64,000 bases of DNA from Lama guanicoe (lineage: Eukaryota). The position numbers and the translations under genes were made by a program. Each line of letters opens with the position of its first letter. Positions within the stretch are counted from its first letter, which is position 1. The stretch covers positions 1,751,003 through 1,815,002 of the forward strand of contig MU053559.1 in assembly GCA_013239625.1 (NCBI GenBank). The letters run 5' to 3'. This document shows, one piece after another, positions 1-12,700 of the stretch. A model generated the notes under the pieces. That model did not search any database. It saw nothing but the letters and a program-made list of their open reading frames with translations, and was not told the DNA's origin.

Positions 1-252
1 CCAGAAGACCTTTCCGAAGAAGAGAGGACCAAAAACCTATTTGCAGGTTTGCCCAGGGACCGTACCCCTCTTTCCTCATGGACTGGAGCTGAAAATCCAG
101 GCGGTCAGGCGTTTAAAATCAGAACTCTTTTCTGGTGTTCAAAGTCCTAGTCCAGCAACAGCCTTAGATTGACTAGCACTCTACAGTTTACATCCAGTTA
201 TCACGCTGGAGGCTCCAGGCAGGCATGTTTTATGATGCCCACTTGCAGATGA

Positions 253-594
<342 letters not shown>

Positions 595-2197
595 CTCCGC
601 CCCGAGCCCCGAGAGACGGGGCGGGGCCCTGGCGGGGTGAGGATGGCCGCCAGCCCCAGTGCCGGAGGGGCGGGGCCCTGACTGAATGGAACTAACACTT
701 CTATTTGATGGGGGTCGGAAGCTATCTTAACATTTAAAATTTCACCCCAGACGCAGCTGGTGGGGCTAAAGTGTCTCTGAACCACGACAAATGCAGACCT
801 GTTCCCTCTTTTTCACACAGTAGTGCGCTGTTCAGCGTTAACAAACAAATAGCATGCTTTAATGGTCTCTTCATTCATTCACCTGCGGATCTAAACAAGG
901 TGTGGCAGGTGCTGGGGGTCCCTCCCAGGAGAGGCTTCGGATCCAGACACAGTGGGGCCAGTCTAGCTGGCTGAGGGGGAAAGCAGGTTACGGGGAGAAC
1001 AGGCATAAAAAAAGATCATGAAGGAAGGCAGTTGAGACTGGACCTCCCAGGACGATGGGAAGCCGGAATCAGATGGGACAGAAAACATGAAACAGCAGTC
1101 TGGGAATGGAGGCTCCAGCATCAAAGCTGCATGACTTGCAACCTCCTAGCAAGACTCCTGCCGTTTTTGTTTGTTTGTTTGTTTTGTTTTTGTTTTTTTT
1201 TTTGCTCCCTGTGATTCCTTTAAACTGAAGATTGGAAAATATGTCCATGAACATTTCAACACGGGGGAACGAATTCTAGTCCCTTCTCTGGAACTCTCCA
1301 TAAAGAAGGTCCTGAAATGTTTAAAAACCAAAGGTAAAATAGTGTTATACTGTTGTTTTAAATGAAATCGGAGGACAGGAGAAACTGTGTAGAAACTGAT
1401 GGTGACGTCACTGCAAATCTCAAGTCAGTTCTCGAGGGCCCCCGTATGAGCTGCCTGCCTGGGACAGGAATAGGACTAGATACCTACTATGGGTTTAGGA
1501 ATAACACCAAAATGTGTGGGGTGCTGTGTTATCTAGGGAAGAGAAGGCAGCAAGAAGAAGAGGCAATAGGCTAGTATTCAGAGGGAAGAAATCTCACTGC
1601 AAAGAAAATACACAACTGAGTAGCGTTCCAAACTTGGAGCTAAAAAATGCCTGGGATTTCAGTGGCCACGTGAGGAACCTGAGGCAAGTCAATGGATGGT
1701 TAAGCACTGTTCAGCCTGGCGGAGGGTTCTGTCTGCTATAAGGTTAAGAATCCACATGTCTTGACCTTGAACGCCACGTAGAGAAGGATCACTTTCGTGG
1801 TACTGGGGAAGCTTATACCAGCTTAATATGTAAGTGTGATTTAAAATTTAGGTTTTTAGTTTGGGTTTTGTCATGGGTGAGCTCTCCTACCTGCCCACAC
1901 CCATAGTCGGTGAAATACTGAGAGAACTCTTGGAAACCAACCATGAGATTCTCCCCACATCTCTGTGCTTCAGTGCTAGTATATTTGAAAACCCAATTTC
2001 TAAAAACTGCTTTCATAAAATGTGGGCATTTTTCTTCTCATGGCAGACAAAATAGTGGCCCAGCCTAGGACACCCATAATGCAATCAGCCATTTAATGTT
2101 CTTAACTCCCTTTTTAATGGTTAATTTTTAAATAAGACGTTGCTTCACATTTTGCTTTTGCATTGGTAATTTGTGCAAACCCGGAAAAACGTATTAC

Positions 2198-2278
2198 TAG
2201 GTTGAGCCATATGAAGTTGCTGATATTCAACCATTAAAAAAATGCAGAAATGGCAGCATCATATGGCTGAATGTAATA
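2198..2278. mobile_element. MADE2-like mariner MITE (~80 bp, palindromic)
   Basis: taggttgagccatatgaagttgc...ggcagcatcatatggctgaatgta inverted arms; matches my recollection of the MADE2 consensus. Confidence 0.75.
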
Positions 2279-2816
2279 TAATTGAATGATTTTTCTTCCC
2301 CTCTTTTCTTTCTGTCTACACGGAAGTCCATGTTGGTTTTGTGGTCACTCATGGGCTTTGTAGTCTTCACTGCAAACATTTTATTCTCACCCACTTAAAT
2401 GTAAGTAAATGGAGATTTGCTAAGACCAACACTTAGCTGGGTTGGTAGTTATTTGGGGGGATTTTTTTTTCCTTCAGTAGATCAGAGTAAGTCATTGATC
2501 TATGGTCCTACTTTTTGTCTGCAAGATGTGGAGATTAATCCTGACCTTACCAGAGGTCCTGGGAAGTGAGTTCACTCATCAGCATGCGTCCACCTCTTAC
2601 AAGCATCATGCCTGTGCCGAGCCGTGAGGATTCGGGTGCCACAAAGGCCAGACACCATCTAACCCAAGGCCAGTCTGGGAGAAATCAGATTGAAACTGCT
2701 ACGTAATGGTACATCCAGCTAAAGAAAGTTCCTCTGAGAGAGCAGTCCCAAGTCATCCTATAAACATACTTGTTCTGGGTTGGTGGGGATGACGGTTCAG
2801 TAGTCAAATGTTCTAG

Positions 2817-3000
2817 AGCACAGGTTCTCAACCCTGGCTGCACATTAGGATTACCTGGCTAGTTGTTTTTTTTTTTTAAGTATTGCTATGAGGGCCCTCC
2901 CCTCCAAGATTCAGATTCGGTAGGTTGGGAGTGGGGCCGGGCTGCCATGCTTTGTTCTGGATCCTCAAGGATTCTGCTGTACAGCTCTGGTTGAGAGCCT
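2817..3000. mobile_element. MER5A-like hAT DNA transposon
   Basis: ggttctcaaccctggctgcacattaggattacctgg...gattctgctgtacagctctggttgaga, with imperfect terminal inverted repeats. Confidence 0.75.
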
Positions 3001-5969
3001 TTAGCCTTGAACTTGCAGTGAAGCCTATTTGGAGCCTTCAAGAATGGCCTAGCAAAGTACATTTTATTTTCATTGTTAGTTGCGTGGCAAAAACTGAATG
3101 TTGATGGATAATAGACTGGGCAGCTGTGAGAGTTCTGTGCCAATAATCTTTGCAGAACACTTTGAGGAATGTACTTCGTGAAGGAAAGGAGGGTGACTTG
3201 AGCGTATGTATGGGGGGATTAAAAAGTTGTCATCTTTGCCCCCATTTGTGGAGAAAAGGGGGGTTTTGTCTTAACTGAGCTGCTGACTCCTCAGACGTGA
3301 AGGTTTCCGAGAAGCTGTCTTTGCCATTTCCCCTGAGGTTATCTGAACAGCCCCATTTGCAGTCAGGTGCGCTCTCCCTCCTTACCCTTTGCTTGTCCCT
3401 GTGCCCGCATCCACGCTGGGCTCCTCAGAACGAGGCTGGGCCGCGTGACGTGGAAAAGTGTGGTCACTTTGCTGTCGCGTGGCGGTGGCGTCGGTAGCAG
3501 GTGAGTAGGAGATGTGATCTTGTGTACAGCACCGACAGAGGGATGCCAGCAAAGCCTGCCATTCCTTCTAATACCCTCCTGTGGGGGCTACAAGGAGAAC
3601 TGAACTTTCTCTCCTAAAGAAGGAAATTTGGAATTTAAGTTAAGTCTGCATTTCTTCCAAGGAAACAGGCATAGGAAGAGCATATTGTGATTAAAATGGA
3701 CTCTGAGCATCACTGGGGTAACCACACAAATAAGTACTGATGCCCTGCAGCCAGAAAGCCCACCGGGACATCAAATGTTTCATCAAGCAAATAGCAAGGA
3801 GCTCTTTAGGCTGTGTTCTGTAGACCTGAGAACATCCTCCACGGTCCGGTTGACAAACACCATCTCTTTAGGAAATGTGAAAAATGTTCTCTCAGCTCTC
3901 CATGAGCATTCCAGTCTCGGGCAAAGAAGTTCTTTCTAAAACAGAAGTCTGTTTCACACACACTCTCCCCCGCCCCACCCTCCATCATCTCTCTCCCTTT
4001 CTCTGTCCGCAGTGGAAGTTAGTGTTACCATGTCAGCTATTTACGTGAACAGAATGATTTCTAAATGTTGAAACAGCACCGATGCACCGAGGGGAGACTG
4101 CTAATAGGGCAAACAAGGAACTCATCGGAGGGGAAGACCATCCACTTGGAAACCTACCTTGGTACCCACTGCAAGTCCTAAGAGACGTATCCGAAAGCTG
4201 ATTTTACCATCCATAAAATGTCATCTAGAATGCTTGCCGATTCAATAAGTATGTGACTTCTTATTCCACTTCAAAAATGGGGAACTTGACAGGTTTCGTG
4301 CTTGCCCTTTGACGTTGATTCTGTAGGTGAGTTAGTGTAGGAGCTAGTCTGTCAAGTACAGTAGACTGGTCTCACTGAATTCTGATCTCTTCTGTTGTTT
4401 TCTGAGTGAGGATCTGGCTGGCCAGTGTCAGTGGCTGCCTTCTGATACAGTAAGTTGAGGGAATCCAGTGGCCAAGAGTTAAAGAGTTTAGGAATAACCC
4501 ATCTGAATGCTGCTTCCTCCATTTTGATATCGGAAAAGACCTTCCCTCTTTCTAAAATCTAATAAGGACAATCTACAGAGAAATAGTCTAGTAACCAATG
4601 CCAGTGTCTAATGAGGAAAAGCAAGTAGGCTCTTTGACAATCCTTTCAAAATGAAACCTAGAAAGAAACCATTTTTTCCAGTTTCCAGTTTCATAAGCAG
4701 AGTTTTTTGTAAATTACCAAACATATCTTGTCACCCAGTGCTAGCAGAAATTGCAGAGCAAAACCAAAGTTTTTGATGTTTTATTTTTGTAAGCAGGGTA
4801 TACTATAACCACGGCCCCCGTGGAGCACCCAGGCAGCCAGTTTACTGCTACTTGCACCTCGGAAAAGATGAGAAGGAAGGGCTGCCTGTTTTGCGGCCCT
4901 TTGGAAAGGTCTGAAACTGACACGGGAGCATGCGGGAGGGGTCACCTCCTCATCCCGATGGCCACCTTTTCAAAAGGGTTCACAGAATGGCCAAGGGTCA
5001 CGGTCAGCTCAATTCTTGGCCAGTGGAAGATTATCTGGGCCTGTATGTGTTGGAGGAACTCAGCTAGAAAAAGATGTGTCAAGCAGCATGAAGAACTCTA
5101 CATCTGCTGTTTAGAGCACTTCAAAAAGTTAAGGTCCCAGTGTTCCTGGGTGACTGTCTAACTGCATGGACATTCGGGAGTTGACTTCAGTTGTGACTAT
5201 TCCAGCTGCGGGCTCTGGAGAATGAGTTTCAGTCACGGAAGTGTTAAGTCTGTGGAGTTGGAATTTGTCACTGAGATCACTCAAAGTATGACTTCATGGT
5301 AGGGTCACCTCCTAGGTTTTTATTTTTTACATAAAATAATCTGGTACATCTTACTTAGGAAGTTTTACAATGTCCATTAAAATGATTAAATGGGAAGGCC
5401 ACCAAGATTGATTTACTAGCTGAAAAGCAGTTTTTTAAATAGAATAGGATGCATTTACTATGGGCTGATGTGACCTCCTGGGGAATTTTTTTTATAGAGA
5501 GCTTACATACTGTAACTCGGGCAATTTTTGTCTTCTACTTCCATTCAACAGTAGCAAACTGGTGGTTTTATAAAAGTAACATTAGAGTATGTTCTATAAA
5601 CATGTTATAGAAAATAATATTAAAGTTATGTCTAACTGTGAAAAAGTGACGACTTGGCGTTATCGGCAACCTTTATGTGCAATAAGGAAAACTGCAGTTA
5701 GGACCCCAAAGTGCTCCCTTTCCTGGCCTTTTCCTTAATGTTCGCCTTCGTGTATCAGTTGCGACTGATGTTGTAAAGCTAGCTACATGTTTTCCTGCCC
5801 TTTACTGATATACTGATATTTAACACATTTTTCTCAAAGCTTTTTTTTTTTAACAAAACTCAAAATAAAAAGATTAACTGGCTGAGCTCCTCTTGTTTTG
5901 AATTTGAAAAGTCCATCAGGAGGGGTTCCGTTCTGGGTGGAAGCTGGTCCTCTGCAGCTTCATGGAGAC

Positions 5970-6195
5970 CAGAGACTACTAAATCAGGCGGCCCCTGGAC
6001 CAAATCCAGCTGACTGCTTGTTTCGGTAAATAAAGTTGTATTGGCATCCACACCGCTCGTGTATTTATTTGCATATGGTCCGTGGCTGCTTTTGTGCGGA
6101 GCTGAGGCGCTGCTCACAGCAGTGAGCTGCTGGGAAAGCTGGAACTACTTGCTGTCTGTCTGATTCCCGACAGAAAGGGGTTTTGACGACTCCTA
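5970..6195 (+). mobile_element. MER58A-like hAT DNA transposon
   Basis: ccaaatccagctgactgcttgtttcggtaaataaagttgtattgg...gtggctgcttttg, the characteristic core. Confidence 0.7.
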
Positions 6196-7846
6196 ATTTA
6201 GGTGCTTGAAAAAAATGTAGTTTTAAAATCAGATTGGAAAAAAATCACAGCACCAGATTTTTTTTTTTTTTAGATTTTAAAAATGTGCCTTTGGGTTAAA
6301 AGAAACACTTGGTCTCTGCCTGTGACCTCTCCTGGCCTGCAACCATCTTTAACAGGCTTTGAGCATTGGCTAATGGCTCAGATGCTTTCCTTTTCTTTGT
6401 AGTCATTCCTCTGTAGGTGGACTGCTCCCTAAACCATGCAATTGAACTGCATCATAAAATCTGCTTCCTAGCAAAACAAATCTTGTCATTAACAGTGACT
6501 CCAGAGTCATCTAATAGTATAATTGCAAAAATACCAGATAGGAAAATTTAAAAACCAAGATCTGTTTCAGTTCATTAGGGTTCTCCCACCTCAGGGACAG
6601 AAATTACCCTTTAAAAATCCATTTAGGGTGGGGGCGAGGGGAGCTGTTTGAGGAAGAACTGGATGAGTCAAAGATTTCTTAAAAATACCACCCAGACCTT
6701 TTATTTAATATTGAGTGATTTAATCAAGCTACACAGGACTGCACTTGGCCCTTATTCACATTGATGACTGGTCCGGACACTTGCTGATGGGAAATGGTAC
6801 CAAATCACATCTCTTCTTTGTTCTGAGAACGCCTTGTTGACATGGCTCCAGCAGAGGCAGGGTCAGGCTGGGAACTAAAAAGCTTGTCCTGTTTTACTGC
6901 CATAATTAACCGCATCGCATCGTCACTTCCTTACTGGAGACTTCGTTTCGAGCAATGTGTCAGTCATTATTTAACAGCTCAAGATAGTGCTACTTGTAGA
7001 ATTGCACAGCAGTTGGTACCAAGTCCAGTCCCAGTCTCTGACAGCGTGATAGACTGCCTCCACAGCGTGGCTCCTCCAGTGCTGGGACGACGTGCTGAGT
7101 GCCCTGGTTCGTGGGGACTGACCTGGAAGGGAAGGAACAAAAGATGCCTGAACTTCAGAACACAGAAATCCACAGACGGAAAAGCCTGCTGAACTCTGAT
7201 GATGGAAGACCTCTTAAATATGAAACTTAGAATCTTCTTTCCCTAAGCTGCATTATGCAATGCTGTAAGTCCATGCCGAATCAGTCTATCCTCTCTGCTT
7301 GTGACCCAAGAGGTGTTCCGTGAGGATAAAGATGGGGGCACCTCCCTTGGTGTGACTGTGCTTTCTGCAGCTGCTGCTGGGAGGTGCCTGTTGAGCAGAA
7401 CAGAACTTTCCGAGACCTGCTGGGTAGAGTGGGGCTAAGGGTGGGACTGAAGCTGTACCTTTAGGCACCAGCCACGTTAACCATCCATCTTTCACTTGTG
7501 TACCGGTTTGTACGTGCAAAATAAATCATGCCAACGATGATCAGCTGTTCGGTAAAACTGAGGCTGTGTGTATGTAAGTGATGAGTCCAGCTTCCTACCT
7601 TTGTGGGATCTGGGCTTCTCCCTTCTTTCATTAAAATACACTGCTGTCTCACTGTACGGGAGCAGCAAAGGGTTGGCTGACTCAGTATGTCCGTTCGTGC
7701 TAGTTCTGCCACTGGCTGTCATGTGATCCTGGATGTGTGCCAAACTGGACATTATTTTCTAATGTGGTGAAACTGTCCATCAGCTTAACAGAACTACTGA
7801 GGCAGAGTCTGCATAAGAAGCACTTTCAAGATGATTAAAAATGTGC

Positions 7847-7995
7847 AATAAAGATTCACATTAAGCATTAAGAAAAAGCTAATTTCGTAAATGCCTTGAG
7901 GCCTGTCTAGTGACCTTTAGCAATCTGTTAGTACAGGTTTTTTACATAAAGAAAGAGCCGCCACGTCAAATTGCAATATAATTTAGTTTAATAAA
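7847..7995 (+). terminator. SLC9A7: Candidate distal polyadenylation signals of SLC9A7
   Basis: AATAAA at 7847-7852 and 7990-7995, at the end of the unique AT-rich block. Confidence 0.55.
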
Positions 7996-8014
7996 AGCCA
8001 ATTTCCAGATGGAC

Positions 8015-9770
8015 TGACTGTGCTTCCAGGTAAGATGGAATAGATGCATTTGTCCTTATTCCTCTCACAGAGTGTAACTAAAATTTCCAAACATGACATA
8101 TAAAACAAAGATAGAGAAAAGAAGGCGGACTGACTAGGGGCCTTGGGAATTGAGGAACAACACAGCCGTGAGTTGCCCGGGTTTTCTTTTTGCCTCTATA
8201 ACCTAGAATGGGTGCTGAAGAAGCCAGCGGCCAGAAATACCAACGGCCATATGCCGTAAAAGCCCCGAGAAAAGCCTGTTATCTCCAGCCAAAGGAAAGG
8301 GAAGGGGTCAGCTTAGAAAGACAGAAACCAAGCACCTCAGAAAAACTCTCCCCTCCTGTCAGCAGAGGCCTGGTGGGAAGCCAGGCCTTCGGGACCACCA
8401 CCCCCACCTGGCAGTAACCAGGTGCTGCACCCCTTCTGCCACCAGTGCAGTGTAAGTGGAGGCCTGCTAAAATAGAAGATTTAAATAAAATGGAGACATT
8501 CATAACATATGTTCGAGTGTATCCCACACGTTCAAGACACAATAAAAATAAATCACTTGTCAAACCAAGAAGCAGGGAAATTTCAACTTGAACGAGAAAA
8601 GACCTCTGACAAATAGCAACACAGAAATGACAGACATTGAAATTATCCAAAAAGGATTTTAAGCCACTATCACAAAAATGATTATCAATTAAGAACACAT
8701 TTGATGCAAATAGATAGAAATTCCTGGCAAAGAAATATGACATGAGAAAGAAACAGAACCAAATGGAAAATGTAGAACTGTAATATACAATAACCCAAAT
8801 TTTAAAAGCTCACTAGATGGGCCTGATCGCAGAATAGAGATGACAGAGTAAACAGTGAGTCTGCAAACAGAACTACGGCAATTACCCAATCTGAACAACA
8901 GAGAGAAAATAGACTGGAAAAAGATGAACAGAGCCCCAGGGACTTACTGGTACTACAATAAATGATATACTGTTCACTTCATCAGAGTTCCAGGAAGAAA
9001 GGGAAAAGAGACTGAGGGTGAAAAAGTAATTGAATAAATATGGCTAAAAATTTCCCAAATTTGGCAAGACATAAACCTGCAGATTCAAGAAGCTGAGTGA
9101 ACCCCAATAAAACCCCAAAGAAATCTACACTAAGATACAGCACAATCAAACGTCAGGAAATTAAAGACAAAGAAAAATCATGAAAGCTACTAGAGAGAAA
9201 TGATGCGTTACTTATGGAAACAATGATTTGAATGTCAGTGGATTTCACATCAGAAACCATGGAGGCCAGAAGGAAGTGGCACATTTTTCAAGTGCTGAAA
9301 GAAACTGTCAACTCAGACTTCTATATTCCATGATAATATCCTTCAGGAATGATGGTGAAAGAAAGAAACAAACTAAGAATTTGTCTCCAACAGAACTGCT
9401 GTAACAGAACTGCTAAAGGAAATTCTTCCAACAGAAAGGAAATGATGAAAGAAGGAAACCCGAAGCATCATGAATGAAGAAAGAACAGAAAGGATAAAAT
9501 ACAAGTCAATTTAATTGATTATTCTCTTGAGTTTAAAAAATTATGTTTGATAATTGAGGCAAAAATTGTAACACTGCAGGATGTGGTTCTCAATTTATAG
9601 AGAAAATACTGTAAGAGATACATAAAGGGGAAAGGAACCTAAATGTACATAAAGCTCCTACATGAGACAGTATCATGTTGAGACCAGTAGGTTATGATTA
9701 GTTAACATATGGATAATCTAAAGAAGCCACTAAAACAAGTACACAAAGATAGACACTTAAAAACACACCA
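8015..9770 (+). mobile_element. Ancient L1 (L1MC/L1MD class), 5' part with decayed ORF1
   Basis: ORF1-like remnants (aatttcccaaatttggcaagacataaacctgcagattcaagaagctgag; gatttcacatcagaaaccatggaggccagaagg). Interrupted at 9770 and resumes at 13821. Confidence 0.8.
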
Positions 9771-12700
9771 GGAGGGGCTTCAATATGGCAGAATAGAAGG
9801 ATGCGGTGCTCACCTCCTCCCACAAATATATTCAAAAATACATCTACATGTGGAACAGTTCTCACAGAATACCTACTGAACTCTGGCAGAAGACCTTATA
9901 TAAGCACAGCTTAAAAAAACAACTCTCCATGTAGTGGAAGGAAGAGAAAAAAAAAAAGTGGGATGGGACCTGTGCCGCTGGGAGAAAGAGGTGAAACAGG
10001 AAAGGCTCCCTCACCCTGGGAAGCCCCTTCCCCAGCGGGGGAATCAGCCAGGGCAGAAAGGGAGCTTCAGAGACTCGGAGGTGAGCCAGCAGCCACTCCC
10101 CGGCAGACAGAAGAGAGACAGACCCGCACCGAGGGTCCCTGCCACCTTGCGGCAGTCCCCAGGCTGAGATGTGAGCCTGCTGGCGTGTGCAGGGGCCGGG
10201 CGCTGAAACTCGGGCTTCAGAGGACAGACCCAGGTAGAGGACTGAGGCTGGCTACACGGAGACACCCTGGTGGGGATGGAGTGTGGTACAGGCTGAGACT
10301 GGAGGTGTGTGCAGCGGAGCCCCAGTCCCCACAAACAGCCTCACTGTTCGCTCGAGCAAAGGGAGGGGCAGGAGCCCACCACGGCAGCCTCTTTCTCAGC
10401 ACACTCACAGGGCACGGCCTCGCCATAAACGCCCCATTGTTAACACAGGCGCACGAAGGGCTGAAATCAGTCTGTCCCAGGTGGCTTTGGTGGGTTTACA
10501 CCACTAGTGCCTTTATGAGCTCAGCGCATGCAGGGCATCTGAGCGAAATACTGGTGTGCAGCTGGGGCAGCTCTGGCATTAACAGCAGGCAATGCAGAGG
10601 CTGGGCTGACCATGGCGGATCCAAGTGCACCACGATGCACGACTGTGGCGGTGCTGGTGCCACACTACAGTGGATCTGCCCTGATGGCCTTGTCAGCCCA
10701 GCATCTGAGGGGCAGCAGGGCAGACTGGCTGCATTCCCATGGCTGAGGCATGAAAGAGGAGAAGCAACAACTGATACCACAGATACACAAAAAACCCGTA
10801 AGTGAATGCTATGGACAGTTATATGCCAACAAATTGGACAACTTACAAGTTATGGACAAGTTTCTAGAAACATATACTCCACCAAAACGGAATCAAGAAG
10901 AAATAGATACTTTGAATAGACCAATCACGAGACGTGAAATAGAATCTGTAAAAACAAACAAACAAAAACAAAACAAAACACAAAAACTCCCTGCAAACGA
11001 AAGTCCAGGACCAAATGGCTTCACTGGGGAATTCTCCCAAACACACAAAGAACTTATACTGATCCTTTTCAAACTCTTCCAAAAGACTGAAGAGAAGGGA
11101 ACACTCCCAAAGTCATTCTATGAAGCCACCATCATCCTGATACCAAAGTCAAAGACACTACCAAAAAAAGAGAATTACAGGCCAGTATCTTTGGTGAATA
11201 TAGATGCAGAAATTCTCAACAAAATATTAGCAAACTGAATCCAACAACACATAAGAAAGAAAGCTCATATACCACAATCAAGTTGGATTCATCCCAGAGT
11301 CACAAGGCTGGATCAGAATACACCAATCTATCAACGTGATACACGACATCAACAAAAGAAAGGCCAGAAACCACATGATCTTCTCATAGATGCAAAAAAA
11401 GTATTTGATAAAATTAAACATCCATTCATGATTAAAAAAAAACACTCTTACCAAAGTGGGTATAAAGGAAACATATCCTAACCTAATAAAAGCTGTTTAT
11501 GACAAACCCATAGCCAACATAATACTCAATGGTTTTTTTAAAAAAAGAAATGTAGAAAAGAAGAAATACTAAAAAAAAAAAAAAAAAAAAAACAAAAAAC
11601 CACCTCAGTGATGAAAAGTTGAAAGCCTTCCCACTAAAATCTGGATCAAGACAAGGGTGCTCACTCTCACCACTGCTACTCAACATAATATTGGAAGTCC
11701 CAGCCACAGCAATTAGATAAGAAAAAGAAATAAAACATATCCAAATTGGAAGGGAAGAGGTGAAATTGTCCCTTTATGCAGTTGACATATATAAAACCCT
11801 AAAGACCACACACAAACTACTAGAGCTGATAAACAAATCGAGCAAGGTAGCAGGATACGAGATTAACATAAAGAAATCTGTTGCATTTCTTTACACTACA
11901 ATGAAATATCAGAAAAGGAAAGTAAAAAAAAAATCCCTTTAAAAATCGCAACAAAAAAATAAAATACTTAGGAGTAAACCTGACCAAGGAAGCAAAAGAA
12001 TTATACGCTGAGAACTATAAAACATTGATAAAGGAAATTAAAGATGATTTAAAGAAATGGAAAGATACACCATGCTTTTGGATTGGAAGAATTAATATTG
12101 TTAAAATGGCCATACTACCCAAACTACAGATTTAATGCGATCCCTATCAAATTACCTATGACATTTTTCACAGAACAAATATTCCTAAAATTGATATGGA
12201 ATCACACAAGATCCAGTATTGCCAAAGCAATACTGAAGAAAAAGAACAAAGCTGGAGGCATAACCCTCCAGACTTCAGACAATACTACAAAGCTACAGTA
12301 ATCAAAACAGTGTGACACTGGCACACATACAAAAAAAAAAGACATGGATCAACAGAACAGAATAAAGAGCCTAGAAATAAACCCACACACCTACAGTCAA
12401 TTAATCTTTGACAAAGGAGGCAACATCCAATGGAGAAAAGACAATCTCTAGGGCAAGTGGTTTTGGGAAAGCTGGACAGCTGCATGTAAATCAATGAAGT
12501 CAGAACACTCTTTCACATCATTCACAAAACTAAACTTAAAATGCCTCAAAGACTTAAACATAAGACAGGACACCATAACTCTCCTAGAAAATAACATAGG
12601 CAAAACATTCTCTCACATAAATCATAGTGATGTTTTCCTAGGGCAGTCTACCAAGGCAATAGAAATAAAAGCAAAAATAAACAAATGGGACCTAATTAAA

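Larger units (their letters stand above)
595..8010 (+). other. SLC9A7: Long 3'UTR of SLC9A7 (3' end approximate)
   Basis: Follows the stop codon. Mostly unique, repeat-poor sequence up to AATAAA signals at 7847 and 7990, after which L1 sequence starts. Other AATAAA at 5864, 6029 and 7520 could be alternative ends. Confidence 0.65.
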
